From IMG/VR virus record IMGVR_UViG_2898074128_000002: a DNA stretch of 64,000 nt, one strand, 5' to 3'. Below the pieces are notes generated by a model. It was not told the DNA's origin and searched no databases. It saw only the letters and a list, made by a program, of their open reading frames with translations. Made by a program: the position numbers and the translations under genes. Source of the stretch: an uncultured virus (IMG/VR IMGVR_UViG_2898074128_000002). Taxonomy: Duplodnaviria; Heunggongvirae; Uroviricota; Caudoviricetes. Below, in pieces: positions 1-10,405 of this stretch (positions are counted from its first letter, which is position 1; every line of letters begins with the position of its first letter).

Positions 1-147
1 ATGAAGATAATTGACAATCGTGGAGAAGATCATGAATGGGCGCTGATTGTTATCACCATATGCTCTTTTCTAACTTTCAGAAAAATCAAGAAACTAGAGC
101 GGTACAAAAGGAAATTACAAGGGACATATAAGCCTTATTGACGTACA

Positions 148-181
148 AAGGGGATTATCTAATTAGATAATCCCCTTTTGC
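148..181. terminator. Probable bidirectional intrinsic terminator between convergent ORFs
   Basis: Stem AAAGGGATTATCT/AGATAATCCCCTTTT between a + ORF ending ~132 and a - ORF ending 184. Confidence 0.6.
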
Positions 182-183
182 AT

Positions 184-492
184 TTAATTACAAATCATAT
201 TCGAAACAAGCTGCGGACCGCTGCTACCATACCTATTACAGTAGGCCCTAGCACCATTGTCCGCTAAGTATCGCGCTAACTCTGTTCTTCCTAGTGAAAT
301 TAGCGCTCTCACTGCTATACCAATTATTACGGGCGCAAGCATAGGTTCCACCCCATCATCAATCACTACCAATTCCAATTCTGGAGTCACATCCCCACTT
401 CCCGCCGAACCATTGGCACTAGCTGCTGCTGGCATGGCAAGCAGCAACAAAGCCAGCACTAATACCAAAACCTGAGACATACGTTTCTTCAT
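184..492 (-). CDS. Secreted small protein, possible bacteriocin/toxin-like precursor
   Basis: Sec signal peptide (MKKRMSQVLVLVLALLLLAMPAAASA), acidic linker, amphipathic C-terminal part with two Cys; GGAGG RBS upstream on minus strand. Confidence 0.6.
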   Translation of the reverse strand: MKKRMSQVLVLVLALLLLAMPAAASANGSAGSGDVTPELELVVIDDGVEPMLAPVIIGIAVRALISLGRTELARYLADNGARAYCNRYGSSGPQLVSNMICN

Positions 493-711
493 ACAAAACC
501 TCCTAAAATGTTTATTTTATTACATGGGTATATTTCTACATCTTTTTGGGTAATCCTCCTTTATTTTCAATAAATTTGAAAATAATCTCAAAAAATGGAT
601 ATAGGAACGTTTTCCAATGGTCATAAGAAATGGTCCAATTGACCATCCAACAAGGCTTCGCCCGATAAAAAAGATAATGAATCAAAATCTAATAGAAAGG
701 ATGAGATATCC

Positions 712-897
712 ATGTTCGATGTCCAATGCGTGGAAACCTGTCAAGGAGATAATGGAGTAGTCTTCGAAAAAGGACAGACCTATACCTGTATGTGGCAAAA
801 AGACATCATAGCGGTCGTCCGTGACAAGCGTGGCCGCCCGCACATCTTCTATAAGAAAGAATTTGAAACCTGTTTTAAACCCTTAATGTTAAACTAA
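712..897 (+). CDS. Hypothetical protein
   Basis: RBS AGAAAGGA upstream; 61 aa. Confidence 0.6.
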   Translation: MFDVQCVETCQGDNGVVFEKGQTYTCMWQKDIIAVVRDKRGRPHIFYKKEFETCFKPLMLN

Positions 898-934
898 ACA
901 AATGATTCCTCATTTACCAAAGGAGTGCTGATCT

Positions 935-1426
935 ATGACAATCACGATCAAAAACGGAACCATTATTAATGCTGACGAACATATCATCGCCCACCAGGTC
1001 AACGGACTCGGTGTCATGGGTGGAGGTGTGGCAAGACAAATCAAACAAGCCTACCCAGGCGTTTACCGCAGGTACAAAACCTTTGTAGATAATCACACGT
1101 CCCCGGAGGAGCTTCTTGGCAAGAACCTGATGATTGTGACCGACGGAAGACCGGTGTACCAATTTGATAAGGCCGGTAAAGCTAAAATTATCAGCAATTT
1201 ATTCGGTCAGGCCCGCATCGGGACCTCCACTAAACAAACGGACGAAAAGGCGCTCAGAAAGGCTCTTGAACATCTGGCGGAATTCGCCAAGATGGACGGC
1301 TTATCCGTTGCTATGCCCGAGGGTATCGGCTGCGGACGCGGTGGAGGTGACTGGAACGAGGTTCGGACCATTATTGAAGAAGTCTTCAAGGATTATCCCG
1401 TGACGCTGTACCGTTACACAGAGTGA
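935..1426 (+). CDS. Macro domain protein (ADP-ribose processing, Poa1p/DarG-like)
   Basis: HQVNGLGVMGGGVA and AMPEGIGCGRGGGDW macrodomain motifs. Confidence 0.9.
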   Translation: MTITIKNGTIINADEHIIAHQVNGLGVMGGGVARQIKQAYPGVYRRYKTFVDNHTSPEELLGKNLMIVTDGRPVYQFDKAGKAKIISNLFGQARIGTSTKQTDEKALRKALEHLAEFAKMDGLSVAMPEGIGCGRGGGDWNEVRTIIEEVFKDYPVTLYRYTE

Positions 1427-1569
1427 ACTTCAACATTCATACCGTTGCAAACATACCCCTCCCACCTTCTAACTGGTATAATATGGATATACAACATGCT
1501 TCTCATTCGCCTCGATACAAAGCGTTATGGGAAGCATTTTTTATACAAAAATGTAGGGAGTGAAACACT

Positions 1570-1782
1570 ATGGGGTTTTTAAGCCACATCGACAGTAATA
1601 TTATTGTCCTGGGTGTCGGAGCACTCATGCTTCTCGGCAGCTTCGCCACCATCAACAGCAGGAGCGCATCAAAATTCGATCACGACTTCGCTTTGCTATT
1701 ACTTATCGCAGGAATTGTATGTCTCGGAATCGGATTTGGATTCATCGATCTATCAGAACTGAAACACTTGCTACCTGATTAG
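1570..1782 (+). CDS. Small membrane protein (2 TM)
   Basis: Two hydrophobic segments, RBS GGGAG. Confidence 0.6.
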   Translation: MGFLSHIDSNIIVLGVGALMLLGSFATINSRSASKFDHDFALLLLIAGIVCLGIGFGFIDLSELKHLLPD

Positions 1783-1816
1783 TATTACATATTACGTAAT
1801 ACTGTTATTTAACATT

Positions 1817-2227
1817 GTGATTAAATCTTTTTGCGGAAAAGGGGTTGGAGAAACCGTGCCTGCACTCGTAGACAAAATGACGATTAAAAAACACGGGGTT
1901 GACGAAAAACTAGACCGGCGCGTCAAACTGACAGCTGAAGATAAAGAAAGCATCCGGTCGCAGTATTTTAATACTCATGAGAGCGAACGACCGACGATGA
2001 CATGGCTTGCAGCCACCTATGGTGTTGATCGCCGACTGATTCAATTTGTTCTGTTTCCGGAGCGTGAAGCCCGCCATAAAAAGCAAGCAAGCGCCAGACG
2101 GAAGGATGGCCGTTACTATGACAAAGAAAAGAGCCGGCAAAACATGCAGAAATACAGGGACTACAAACGAACACTTGTAGAGAAGGGGAAGATCAATCCG
2201 TCCGAACGGTACGTGGTCACGCAATAA
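1817..2227 (+). CDS. Hypothetical basic protein, possible HTH (true start probably GTG 1856)
   Basis: ORF with MTWLAATYGVDRRLIQFVL HTH-like segment. Confidence 0.6.
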   Translation: MIKSFCGKGVGETVPALVDKMTIKKHGVDEKLDRRVKLTAEDKESIRSQYFNTHESERPTMTWLAATYGVDRRLIQFVLFPEREARHKKQASARRKDGRYYDKEKSRQNMQKYRDYKRTLVEKGKINPSERYVVTQ

Positions 2228-2370
2228 CAAAAGATGCGAGCAAATCAAGCAGTAACAAAGAGCATGCCTATACGGGCCATGCTTTTTTATTTTTAGAAAC
2301 AAACCGCCCTGCCAGCAAAAATAAACGATAGACCCTTTGCTATTTAATTTCAAAAAAAGGGGCGGAAATT

Positions 2371-3225
2371 ATGGAAAAAACAACGGTTGTGAACAAACAT
2401 CATAAAGAGGCATTCGATGTGTACATTGGGCGCGGCTCTAAATGGGGAAATCCATTCTCACATCGGAGTGATACAAAGGCCAAGCACAAAACCGAGACTC
2501 GCGAGGAAGCCGTGGCCAGTTATCGGGAATGGATTCAGACACAGCCCGATCTTCTTGCGGACTTGCATGAACTCAAAGGAAAGAAACTTTGTTGTTACTG
2601 CAAGCCCAAAGCCTGTCACGGCGACGTGCTCGCAGAATTGGCGGATGCACTTGACTCTGTGACCTCAACAAGCCATGAATCAAAAACCGTGATTCATATC
2701 GGCTTCACAGGTCACAGACCAAACAAACTCGGCGGATATGACCTCACGGCACCAGGATACCTGAATCTGCAGGAAGACCTCGAAACATATATCAAACGAA
2801 ATCTTGAGGTGTTCGATATGGTTGTCGGTCATTCGGGCCTTGCACTTGGCGGAGATACCATCTGGTCGAAGGCCATTCTCGCGATGAAAGAGAAATACCC
2901 TGGTCGGGTGCAATTTCACGCAGAAATACCGATGATGGAACAGGCGAGCGCGTGGTTCAAGAAATCAGATATCGATTTCTGGCATGAACAGGTCGAACGC
3001 GCCGACTTCACATCGGTATACGGCTCGCTGGACGGCGTAGAAGAACACAAACGCCGGGGACTCGCTGCGAAATTTCTGAATCTCAGAAACGAAGGTATGC
3101 TCGACCATTCTAACGTCCTGCTGGCACTCCACGACGGATCTTCAGGAGGAACCGGGAATGCCGTGGCGTATGCCAAAGAGACCAATCTTGTGACACACGT
3201 TGTCCATCCGAGCGTTTATTTTTAA
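2371..3225 (+). CDS. DUF4326 domain fused to YspA-like SLOG domain
   Basis: N-term DVYIGRGSKWGNPF...LCCYCKPKACHGDVL; C-term IGFTGHRPNKL, SGLALGGD, RNEGMLDHS, HDGSSGGTGNAV. Confidence 0.85.
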   Translation: MEKTTVVNKHHKEAFDVYIGRGSKWGNPFSHRSDTKAKHKTETREEAVASYREWIQTQPDLLADLHELKGKKLCCYCKPKACHGDVLAELADALDSVTSTSHESKTVIHIGFTGHRPNKLGGYDLTAPGYLNLQEDLETYIKRNLEVFDMVVGHSGLALGGDTIWSKAILAMKEKYPGRVQFHAEIPMMEQASAWFKKSDIDFWHEQVERADFTSVYGSLDGVEEHKRRGLAAKFLNLRNEGMLDHSNVLLALHDGSSGGTGNAVAYAKETNLVTHVVHPSVYF

Positions 3226-3541
3226 CGCTCGGGTTTTTTGCTTTACCTGTTCACATAGGTTTGAAATTAAAAAGGAGGGTTCGTCTTTGATAATCCAATA
3301 TGAAACGTTAGTTAAATCTCTACCCCTTGACTGCCGCCTACATGTACCAATCACTTATTGTCTTAATTGCGACGAACCTATAAGAAACGAGAACGATTTT
3401 TATAAAGAATACTGTGGAGTAACCTGTGAAAACGAACACCACTACATTATGGAACTTACACTGAAAGATGAATGACGGGTAGATGGTTCACTTTATTCAT
3501 TAGATTGACCAGAGAGTGCACATATTAAAGGAGGAATTTTC

Positions 3542-3907
3542 ATGAATATTAAAGAATTTGCTGGAATCAACTCTGTATATGAAAAACCTAACGGAGAGAA
3601 AATGACACACGAAGAACTTTACACAAAGGTCGTGAACGGGATTGGGTTGGACACCTGCGCCACCTTTATGCCTGTGAGTATAGAAGAATTGCGTGACGCT
3701 CTGGAGGAAGATCCCCACCTTAATACGATCTCAATCAAGAAGTGGGATGATATGCATAACATCTTCCGCCCCTACTTCCACCGTATCGGCGTCAATACGC
3801 TTTCACTCAGTAACACCGTCTGCACACTGAAACAGGCAGCACGAATGCTTGTGGCAAGGGAATATCCGGAAACATCAGCAGGGGAAAAGGAAAAAACAGC
3901 GGTATGA
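3542..3907 (+). CDS. Hypothetical protein
   Basis: Strong RBS AAAGGAGG; overlaps start of next gene. Confidence 0.7.
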   Translation: MNIKEFAGINSVYEKPNGEKMTHEELYTKVVNGIGLDTCATFMPVSIEELRDALEEDPHLNTISIKKWDDMHNIFRPYFHRIGVNTLSLSNTVCTLKQAARMLVAREYPETSAGEKEKTAV

Positions 3908-4362
3908 GTAAACCGCTAACCCTTCGCCTGAAATGGAAAATATTCCGTCAATATCTGAAAGAAATAAAAGATGGAGTTATTGTGAATTGCGCGTATTGCA
4001 GCAGTCTGGACATCCGCTTTGATAAACAGCTGGAACATAATATTAACGACCGCCGCGTCTATACGAGCAGTTATACCTGCAACAACTGCGGAGCAAAATG
4101 TAAAAATATACAAGAGTGGACGAAAAACGCGTCCGAACCTGAAGATGGGAACGGCAGGGATGGAGAAAAAAGCCTGAATGGAACGAAGTGGCTATGTACC
4201 GATGAAAATAGGGACGAATACGGCATGACCTGCACTGTCATAGAAGGCTTCATCCACCCCGACTGGAACGGGGAAAACGAGATCGAAATCAAATATGAGG
4301 ATGGCTCCATCGCCTACATGAAGTACCGACGGTTCGCTATGCGCTTCGAGAGAATCGGGTAG
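3904..4362 (+). CDS. Zn-ribbon protein with C-terminal domain duplicated at 5229-5435
   Basis: CxxC...CxxC N-terminus; C-terminal ~65 aa very similar to ORF 5229-5435. Confidence 0.7.
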   Translation: MSKPLTLRLKWKIFRQYLKEIKDGVIVNCAYCSSLDIRFDKQLEHNINDRRVYTSSYTCNNCGAKCKNIQEWTKNASEPEDGNGRDGEKSLNGTKWLCTDENRDEYGMTCTVIEGFIHPDWNGENEIEIKYEDGSIAYMKYRRFAMRFERIG

Positions 4363-4580
4363 CGAGCCAGTACCCTTCGTCCCTGAGCGTCCCGGACTTT
4401 CGTACCTTTTTGCCTGATTTGCGGATATTTTTTATTTAAATTGATAAACATGGGGTATATACATTGTAGAAACGAGATGATACAATGAGCTTCAAAGACG
4501 AAGAAAACCCCGCAAACAGAAAAGAACAGGCGAAAAAAGAAACTAAAGGGCACGGAAGTACCAAAAAAGGAGTGAGTCAT

Positions 4581-4820
4581 ATGACCACCATTCAAAAATG
4601 GGGTAACAGTTTGGCTGTACGTATTCCTAACCAATACGCAAAGAATCTTGGAGTAAAACACGGATCGGAAGTCGAGCTTGAATTATCTTCGGATGAACTT
4701 ATCGTTAAGCCCGTTAAAAACAAGATTACCCTTGACGATCTGTTAGCAAAAGCAGAAGGTAAAACTAATCCGCACCTGGATTATGACTTCGGCCGACCAG
4801 AAGGGAAGGAAATGCTTTGA
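4581..4820 (+). CDS. mazE: MazE/AbrB-family antitoxin
   Basis: TTIQKWGNSLAVRIP motif; C-term DFGRPEGKEML; overlaps toxin start. Confidence 0.9.
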   Translation: MTTIQKWGNSLAVRIPNQYAKNLGVKHGSEVELELSSDELIVKPVKNKITLDDLLAKAEGKTNPHLDYDFGRPEGKEML

Positions 4821-5149
4821 GTGTACATGTTCCTAAAAAGGGCGAGATTGGCTTTTTAGATTTCAACCCGCAATCAGGTGTTGAACAGGCCGGTAATCGC
4901 CCTTGTCTCATTTTAAGTCCAGAATCATTTAACCATACAACCGGACTCGCTATCGTTTGCCCGATTCGGTCCCGAAGCGGAGACTGGCCGTTTGAAGTAC
5001 CTCTACCCGACCATTTAAGCATCTCCGGATATATATTAACCGACCAGGTAAGAAGCGTTGATTGGAAGGCGAGAAATTTCAAAATGCGCGATGAGGCACC
5101 ACCGAAAATCGTTGAATGCTGTGTGGAAATCATACATACGTTCATATAA
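4817..5149 (+). CDS. mazF: MazF/PemK-family endoribonuclease toxin
   Basis: DFNPQSGVEQAGNRPCLILS, ILTDQVRSVDWKAR motifs. Confidence 0.93.
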   Translation: MSVHVPKKGEIGFLDFNPQSGVEQAGNRPCLILSPESFNHTTGLAIVCPIRSRSGDWPFEVPLPDHLSISGYILTDQVRSVDWKARNFKMRDEAPPKIVECCVEIIHTFI

Positions 5150-5228
5150 CAAAGGAGCAGCCTAAGTGAAGGTTGCTCCTTTTGAATGTATGAAACTTGC
5201 GCATCGGATCTATAAAGGAGGAATGAAC

Positions 5229-5435
5229 ATGAATAAACAAAAATCCTTAAACGGAACCAAGTGGCTCTGTACGGCCGAATATATGGACGCATACGGCATG
5301 ACATGTACCGTCATAGACGGTTTCATCGACCCCGATTGGAATGGGGAAAACGACATCGAAATCAAGTATGAGAATGGAACCATCGGCTACATGAAATTCA
5401 GACGGTTCGCCATGCGATTTAAGCGCATTAAGTAG
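5229..5435 (+). CDS. Small hypothetical protein, paralog of the C-terminus of 3904-4362
   Basis: KSLNGTKWLCT...RRFAMRF shared; RBS GGAGG. Confidence 0.65.
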   Translation: MNKQKSLNGTKWLCTAEYMDAYGMTCTVIDGFIDPDWNGENDIEIKYENGTIGYMKFRRFAMRFKRIK

Positions 5436-5477
5436 AATTATAAAAAAAAGCAACCGGTAAACAGTTGCTTTTTTATG

Positions 5478-7454
5478 TCAAACGGCATCTATCTCACAAA
5501 CATCTGTTGCGATGAGTTGGAGGGATTCATTTCCTGCATACTCATTGATACCAAGTTCTCCTGTGACGATAAATACCCGGTTATCCGGCACGGGATTCCC
5601 CGCCTTGTCCATCTCGACCGGTTCAGGTCTTTTGAACAGCTCAGCTCCCTGCCAGTGAATCACGGAGAGCCCATTCGTAAGCATCAGCTTCGCATGCTGC
5701 TTCTCCGCCCCCATATGAAAGATCCGCGGCACATCCCGCATCGCAATCGCTACATTGAATACTGGTTTCGGGAACCCGTGACCGAACGGCTCCAGCTCTT
5801 CGAAAAACCGCACCGCTTCCCAAAGCGTTTTATTGGTGAAAACCGATGTATGACCATGAAGCGGAACCCTCTCCCCTTCGTGTGTGACACCTGCCTGCAC
5901 CAGACGATCATACGCCTCGGTCGTCAAGACATACTCCCCGTCAAACGGTGATGTAACCGCCGGTTCTTCCTGATCGGCCATCCGCTCGCTCATGATTGCC
6001 ACATACCGGTTGGTGAATACCTCTTTAAACCGCTCGTAATTCTCCGCCAGCACCGTGATTCCGGCAGCCTGGGCGTGACCGCCCCATTTTGCGATCAACC
6101 CCGGATAATCCGCGTCAATCGCTGATAAAAACCCATGTAAATCAAACGTCTCGGGAGACCTGGCTGAACCAGTCAGCGAATACGTTCCAGTGACATCAGC
6201 GTTGATTATATCTTTTCTAGGTGCCCCTTCCGGGTCCATCCCGAAAGCAATACTCGGCAGTCCGAACTTCTGCGTGAAATTCCCGGAGAGAAGCCCTGCA
6301 ACCCCTTCTTTCATCCGTGCGTTAAATACCATGTAATCAAGGGGTCCCCCGCCCTCTTCTTTAATATGTGTGAAAAGTCTGGATGTGAGGCTCTGGACGT
6401 AAGCCTTGCGTTGTTCATTCACGGCATACAGTTCGTCGCTCGGACGCACATACTGCACATCTGAGAAATCGCTTCGTTTCGTCTGAAACAAGCGGAATGC
6501 CAGCTCACTATTCCCCATCATCCGGCGCGGACTATTCAGCATCGGACCGATCAAGAAGCCAAACGTATCGGAGTCAATGCCGTATTTCAACTTCTCGTTT
6601 TGATTTAAGGTTGTTACAAGTAAGCCTATACCCCGGTAGTACTGATGGAGCGGAGTATCGTCATACAACAGGGCATGTTCTTCGCTGTACCCATGGATAA
6701 AGTGCTGAAGCATCTTCACCGACTCCGTGACGTAATACCGGTTTTCATTGATTAAGGGCATGACATCACTGATCGTTGAAATACCTACAAGGAGCACCAG
6801 GGAGCGAAAATCCCGCCGTATATGAGGGTCCACGATGTACTTGTGAGCATACGCCGCGAGAGCCTTGTAAATGACCGCTGTACCGCTGATATGAGTGAAT
6901 GGGTACGTATTATCTCCATGACCATTCGGATTGACAATGGCATCCGCACAGGGTGCAGCATCCGCCAGATGATGATCCGTAACGAGAACGGTCAGCCCCT
7001 TCTCTTTCGCATACCGGATACCATCATGGGCGTTACTCCCGTTATCGGTCGTGACGATCACCCGGGTATCAGGCCTGGCTGACAGCACGTTATCCACGCT
7101 TTTCTTTGACAATCCATACCCGTCATGTGTTTTCGGTGGATACAGGTAAACATCTCCAAATCCGAACAGAGACAACCCCACACGCGCCAGTGTTCCAGAT
7201 AAGACGCCGTCGGCGTCATAGTCCGGAATGATAGCCACAGGAAGCCCCTTCACGCTGTGCAGGCAATCAATCCACCGTCCGACCCCCTTCAATAAAAACG
7301 GATCGTGCTGATGGTTCTCATTCGGATGTAATAAATAAGTGACATCCCGCCCCGTGAGTTCACGCCTGTTTAAAAACGAGCGAATGATCGGGTTCTGTGC
7401 AGGCGCCATAAGTTGCTCCGCTGTAGTCATATCGCATCCACCTCTCTTATCCAT
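5478..7454 (-). CDS. recJ: RecJ-like DHH-family ssDNA exonuclease (start probably 7430)
   Basis: DYDADG, TTDNG, TDHH, DHHA1 GSARS and WGGHAQAAG motifs. Confidence 0.85.
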   Translation of the reverse strand: MDKRGGCDMTTAEQLMAPAQNPIIRSFLNRRELTGRDVTYLLHPNENHQHDPFLLKGVGRWIDCLHSVKGLPVAIIPDYDADGVLSGTLARVGLSLFGFGDVYLYPPKTHDGYGLSKKSVDNVLSARPDTRVIVTTDNGSNAHDGIRYAKEKGLTVLVTDHHLADAAPCADAIVNPNGHGDNTYPFTHISGTAVIYKALAAYAHKYIVDPHIRRDFRSLVLLVGISTISDVMPLINENRYYVTESVKMLQHFIHGYSEEHALLYDDTPLHQYYRGIGLLVTTLNQNEKLKYGIDSDTFGFLIGPMLNSPRRMMGNSELAFRLFQTKRSDFSDVQYVRPSDELYAVNEQRKAYVQSLTSRLFTHIKEEGGGPLDYMVFNARMKEGVAGLLSGNFTQKFGLPSIAFGMDPEGAPRKDIINADVTGTYSLTGSARSPETFDLHGFLSAIDADYPGLIAKWGGHAQAAGITVLAENYERFKEVFTNRYVAIMSERMADQEEPAVTSPFDGEYVLTTEAYDRLVQAGVTHEGERVPLHGHTSVFTNKTLWEAVRFFEELEPFGHGFPKPVFNVAIAMRDVPRIFHMGAEKQHAKLMLTNGLSVIHWQGAELFKRPEPVEMDKAGNPVPDNRVFIVTGELGINEYAGNESLQLIATDVCEIDAV

Positions 7455-7722
7455 TCGGTATATTTTTCCGTCCGCACACTTTTACAAAATTTGGTAATTT
7501 TATTATAGCATATTAAAAACACTGTGCATAGAGCGTTTTGCTCAGTGAACAGGAAAGCAGGTTTCTTTCTTTGCAGGTAGCCAGGAAAAACCTGTATTTA
7601 GAATAGATTTCACCGCAGCAATCATTACACCTCCCAGGGAGGTTCTAAATACCGATAAAGACAGAGAAGATCAGACACCACCAAAACTTGTCCACGGGAC
7701 ATGAATCAATGGAGGGATTTAT

Positions 7723-8175
7723 ATGACTAATGCCATAGCAACCAAACCGTCCTACGAAATCGAAGGAATTTATTTTAAAGAAGACGGGCAAGTCGTTTCC
7801 GACACCAGCTTCCTTTATTCCGACAGCGACAGCATGATCGACCACCAAAAGACCTGGTACGAAGAAGCGAGGAAAAATGGCTACCCAAGTGGAGAATTAG
7901 ACGAAGCGGCTATTATAAGAAAGAACTATAACGGAGAAATTACCGATGAGCAGATGATCGCCATTGTAAATGACGGAGAACTAATGGATACACCTTTCGG
8001 TGAACTATTCCCGAAGAAGCTGAACGCATATCTCGTCAAACTGCTCGAATCGGAATATGGCGACCTCGAAGCATACGTCCTCGAAAACAAGGGCGAACAA
8101 GACTGCTCCGAGGAAATGGCACGTATGAACAGCATCCGAAACCACATCGGTCGCCTCACATTCCATGGAAACTGA
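7723..8175 (+). CDS. Hypothetical acidic protein
   Basis: RBS GGAGG; 150 aa. Confidence 0.7.
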   Translation: MTNAIATKPSYEIEGIYFKEDGQVVSDTSFLYSDSDSMIDHQKTWYEEARKNGYPSGELDEAAIIRKNYNGEITDEQMIAIVNDGELMDTPFGELFPKKLNAYLVKLLESEYGDLEAYVLENKGEQDCSEEMARMNSIRNHIGRLTFHGN

Positions 8176-8269
8176 ATCCATGGAATATTTTTTATTAGTA
8201 CGAGGTAAGTCACAAGGATAAAGGGGGATAGCCCCCCTTCCCTATTCTCTTAGAAACCTCTCTAAAATT

Positions 8270-8660
8270 CGAAAATGTTCCTCTGTTCCTGGTTTATTTG
8301 AGAAAACTTTATATGTGTAACACGTATGTATATATATATTTTTTTATATAGTCTTTCATTAAAAAAAAGAGGAACAAAGGAACATAATTGCGTGACCCCT
8401 TGGTATGAAAGGATTTAGCTGTTCCTTTTTTGCCTGTGACTCCAGGGACATTGGAGGGACATTTCGGCATAAAAAGGAACAAATTGGTCAATTTTACTTG
8501 CATACATGCAAAAATAGCATCACTACTTTTCAATTCTGTAAGCGCTTACATCTTAAATAATACTTGCACGCATGCAAAAATGACCCTAAAAAAGGAACAT
8601 TTGGGGCGAAAAAGGAACATTTTGACCCTAAAAAGGAACAAACCAGGAACAAAAATAGTC
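8270..8660. repeat. Iteron-like GGAACA/TGTTCC repeat cluster with AT-rich tract; candidate replication origin
   Basis: About ten GGAACA/TGTTCC copies in both orientations, TGACCCTAAAAAGGAACA-like repeats, two TACTTGCA(T/C)RCATGCAAAAAT copies, AT tract 8310-8370. Confidence 0.6.
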
Positions 8661-8723
8661 CCTCTATTTAGGTTACTTTTATTCTATAATAGGAGTAACT
8701 TTTATTATTGGGGGCTAACTAAA

Positions 8724-9152
8724 ATGGTATGTATGAGCTGTGAATCTACGAATGATGTTATCGATTTTTACATTGAAGATGAAAAAATCATCCTATGTGT
8801 AGATTGCCGTGTGAAACTGTGGACAAGTAAAACCAGCGTAAAGAGCGCCGGTAGGCCATCTCTTGGAAAAACGAAAAAAGTATCTCTCACCCTTCCGGAA
8901 GAAGACTGGGAATGGATTGAGGAACAAGCTAAAGGGAACCGATCCAAACTACTGCGGCGTTTGATTAACCAGGAACAATCACCGGAATCACGGTGGGATA
9001 ACAACGCCTGCCTTGGCTATGCTCTCTTAGGGGCTAAAGCCCTCGGGTACCGCGAGGAGGACATCAAAGTGCTCACCAGAGCCATTTACAACCAGTTCGA
9101 TATCATATCTGTCACTGAAGCCAAAGAGAAATATAACAAGTCCCCTTTTTAA
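8724..9152 (+). CDS. Zn-finger plus ribbon-helix-helix putative DNA-binding protein
   Basis: CxxC...CxxC then GRPSLGKTKKVSLTLPEEDWEWIEEQAKGNRSKLLR. Confidence 0.7.
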   Translation: MVCMSCESTNDVIDFYIEDEKIILCVDCRVKLWTSKTSVKSAGRPSLGKTKKVSLTLPEEDWEWIEEQAKGNRSKLLRRLINQEQSPESRWDNNACLGYALLGAKALGYREEDIKVLTRAIYNQFDIISVTEAKEKYNKSPF

Positions 9153-9737
9153 ACCTAAAATCAGAAAAGAATGTTTCAATGCAGGTGTATTTTGTTTAAC
9201 AATCAAAATCGCTTCGAATCTCAGATCATTAACGACTTCAAAACGAGCCTCCCCTTCCTGACGGCAGCCACGACTACACAGGAAGAAGGTATGTCATTCA
9301 AAATCTATGAAGTACTTTCTTATCTAAAGGAGGAACAAAGGAACAAAGCGGTTAACCCCTTGATATAAAGGGGTTTTTCTGTTCCTTTTTATTGGCAGAA
9401 AGCAGGAACAAAAGAGCGATTCACCGGCTAGTCGGTCATTTGAAGCTAATTAAACACCGCGTGTTAATTCCTAAAACACCCTTCTGTTAAGAAGGGTGTT
9501 TCGTTATGTTTTCAATTCTTGTGAGCACCCCATAAGGAGTGGGATATAACCAAATAAAGGAATTTGTCAACCCTGAAACCGGGACGATAGTTGCACGTTT
9601 GTGAAAGATTCTTTATGAAATTTCATTGCAAATCCTCCCCTAACCTTTACACTTGGTAGGGTGAAAGAAATTACCAAAAATTATACGTATCGACTGTAAT
9701 TGACAAAGAAAACCGCAACGAAGGGAGTGTCTTACCA

Positions 9738-10331
9738 GTGCCATCTGACAGCCTGGAACTTGAACGATTATCTCTATATGACATGCGCCTGGCTTCCGGA
9801 AAATCAGGATCAGGGATTACACGGCTGTGCGGGACCACGTACCGGTCGCTCCGTAACTGGGAAACGGGAGCAGCTGTACCTAACATTGTAAACATCCATG
9901 ACTTATTACAAATCTATGGGTATTCCTTTTATGAACTGGCTCTCGCACCGTTTTACCGGTCGCAGCCACACCAAGACGAAAAACAAAAACGAATCGCCGC
10001 GGCAGCTCGAAAACGCACACCAGTGAGCAGCCCGCCGAAATCTCTTACTTTATATGAGATGCGAAAAACCTCCGGTTATTCCGGCATGGTAGTGGCTGAC
10101 ATCTGCGGTGTCTCCTACCGATCCCTCTTGAACTGGGAGAAAGGGGCAGCCATTCCAAACGTCATTCATGTGGACGATCTGCTAAAGATTTACGGCTATT
10201 CGTTCTACGAACTGGATTTAGCACCGTTTTACACCGCGTATGAGGCCCGGGTGATAAAACAAAGAAGAACAGACGCACGGGCAGACAGCCCGCTTCGGGA
10301 CCCAAGACGTTTTAAACAAACGTTTAATTAA
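9738..10331 (+). CDS. Transcriptional regulator with two tandem XRE-type HTH domains
   Basis: Internal duplication LYDMR..YRSLRNWETGAAVPN..YGYSFYEL / LYEMR..YRSLLNWEKGAAIPN..YGYSFYEL. Confidence 0.8.
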   Translation: MPSDSLELERLSLYDMRLASGKSGSGITRLCGTTYRSLRNWETGAAVPNIVNIHDLLQIYGYSFYELALAPFYRSQPHQDEKQKRIAAAARKRTPVSSPPKSLTLYEMRKTSGYSGMVVADICGVSYRSLLNWEKGAAIPNVIHVDDLLKIYGYSFYELDLAPFYTAYEARVIKQRRTDARADSPLRDPRRFKQTFN

Positions 10332-10405
10332 CAGTAACCTCAATACACCAAACAGGACGGAAACGTCCGGAAAGATCCGCCCGTCATTTCGCGGAGGGCG
10401 CGATA

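Noticed and set aside
8430..8723. N-terminal extension of the ORF-track call 8430-9152
   Set aside because: It reads through the iteron repeats; the plausible start is ATG 8724 after GGGGG.
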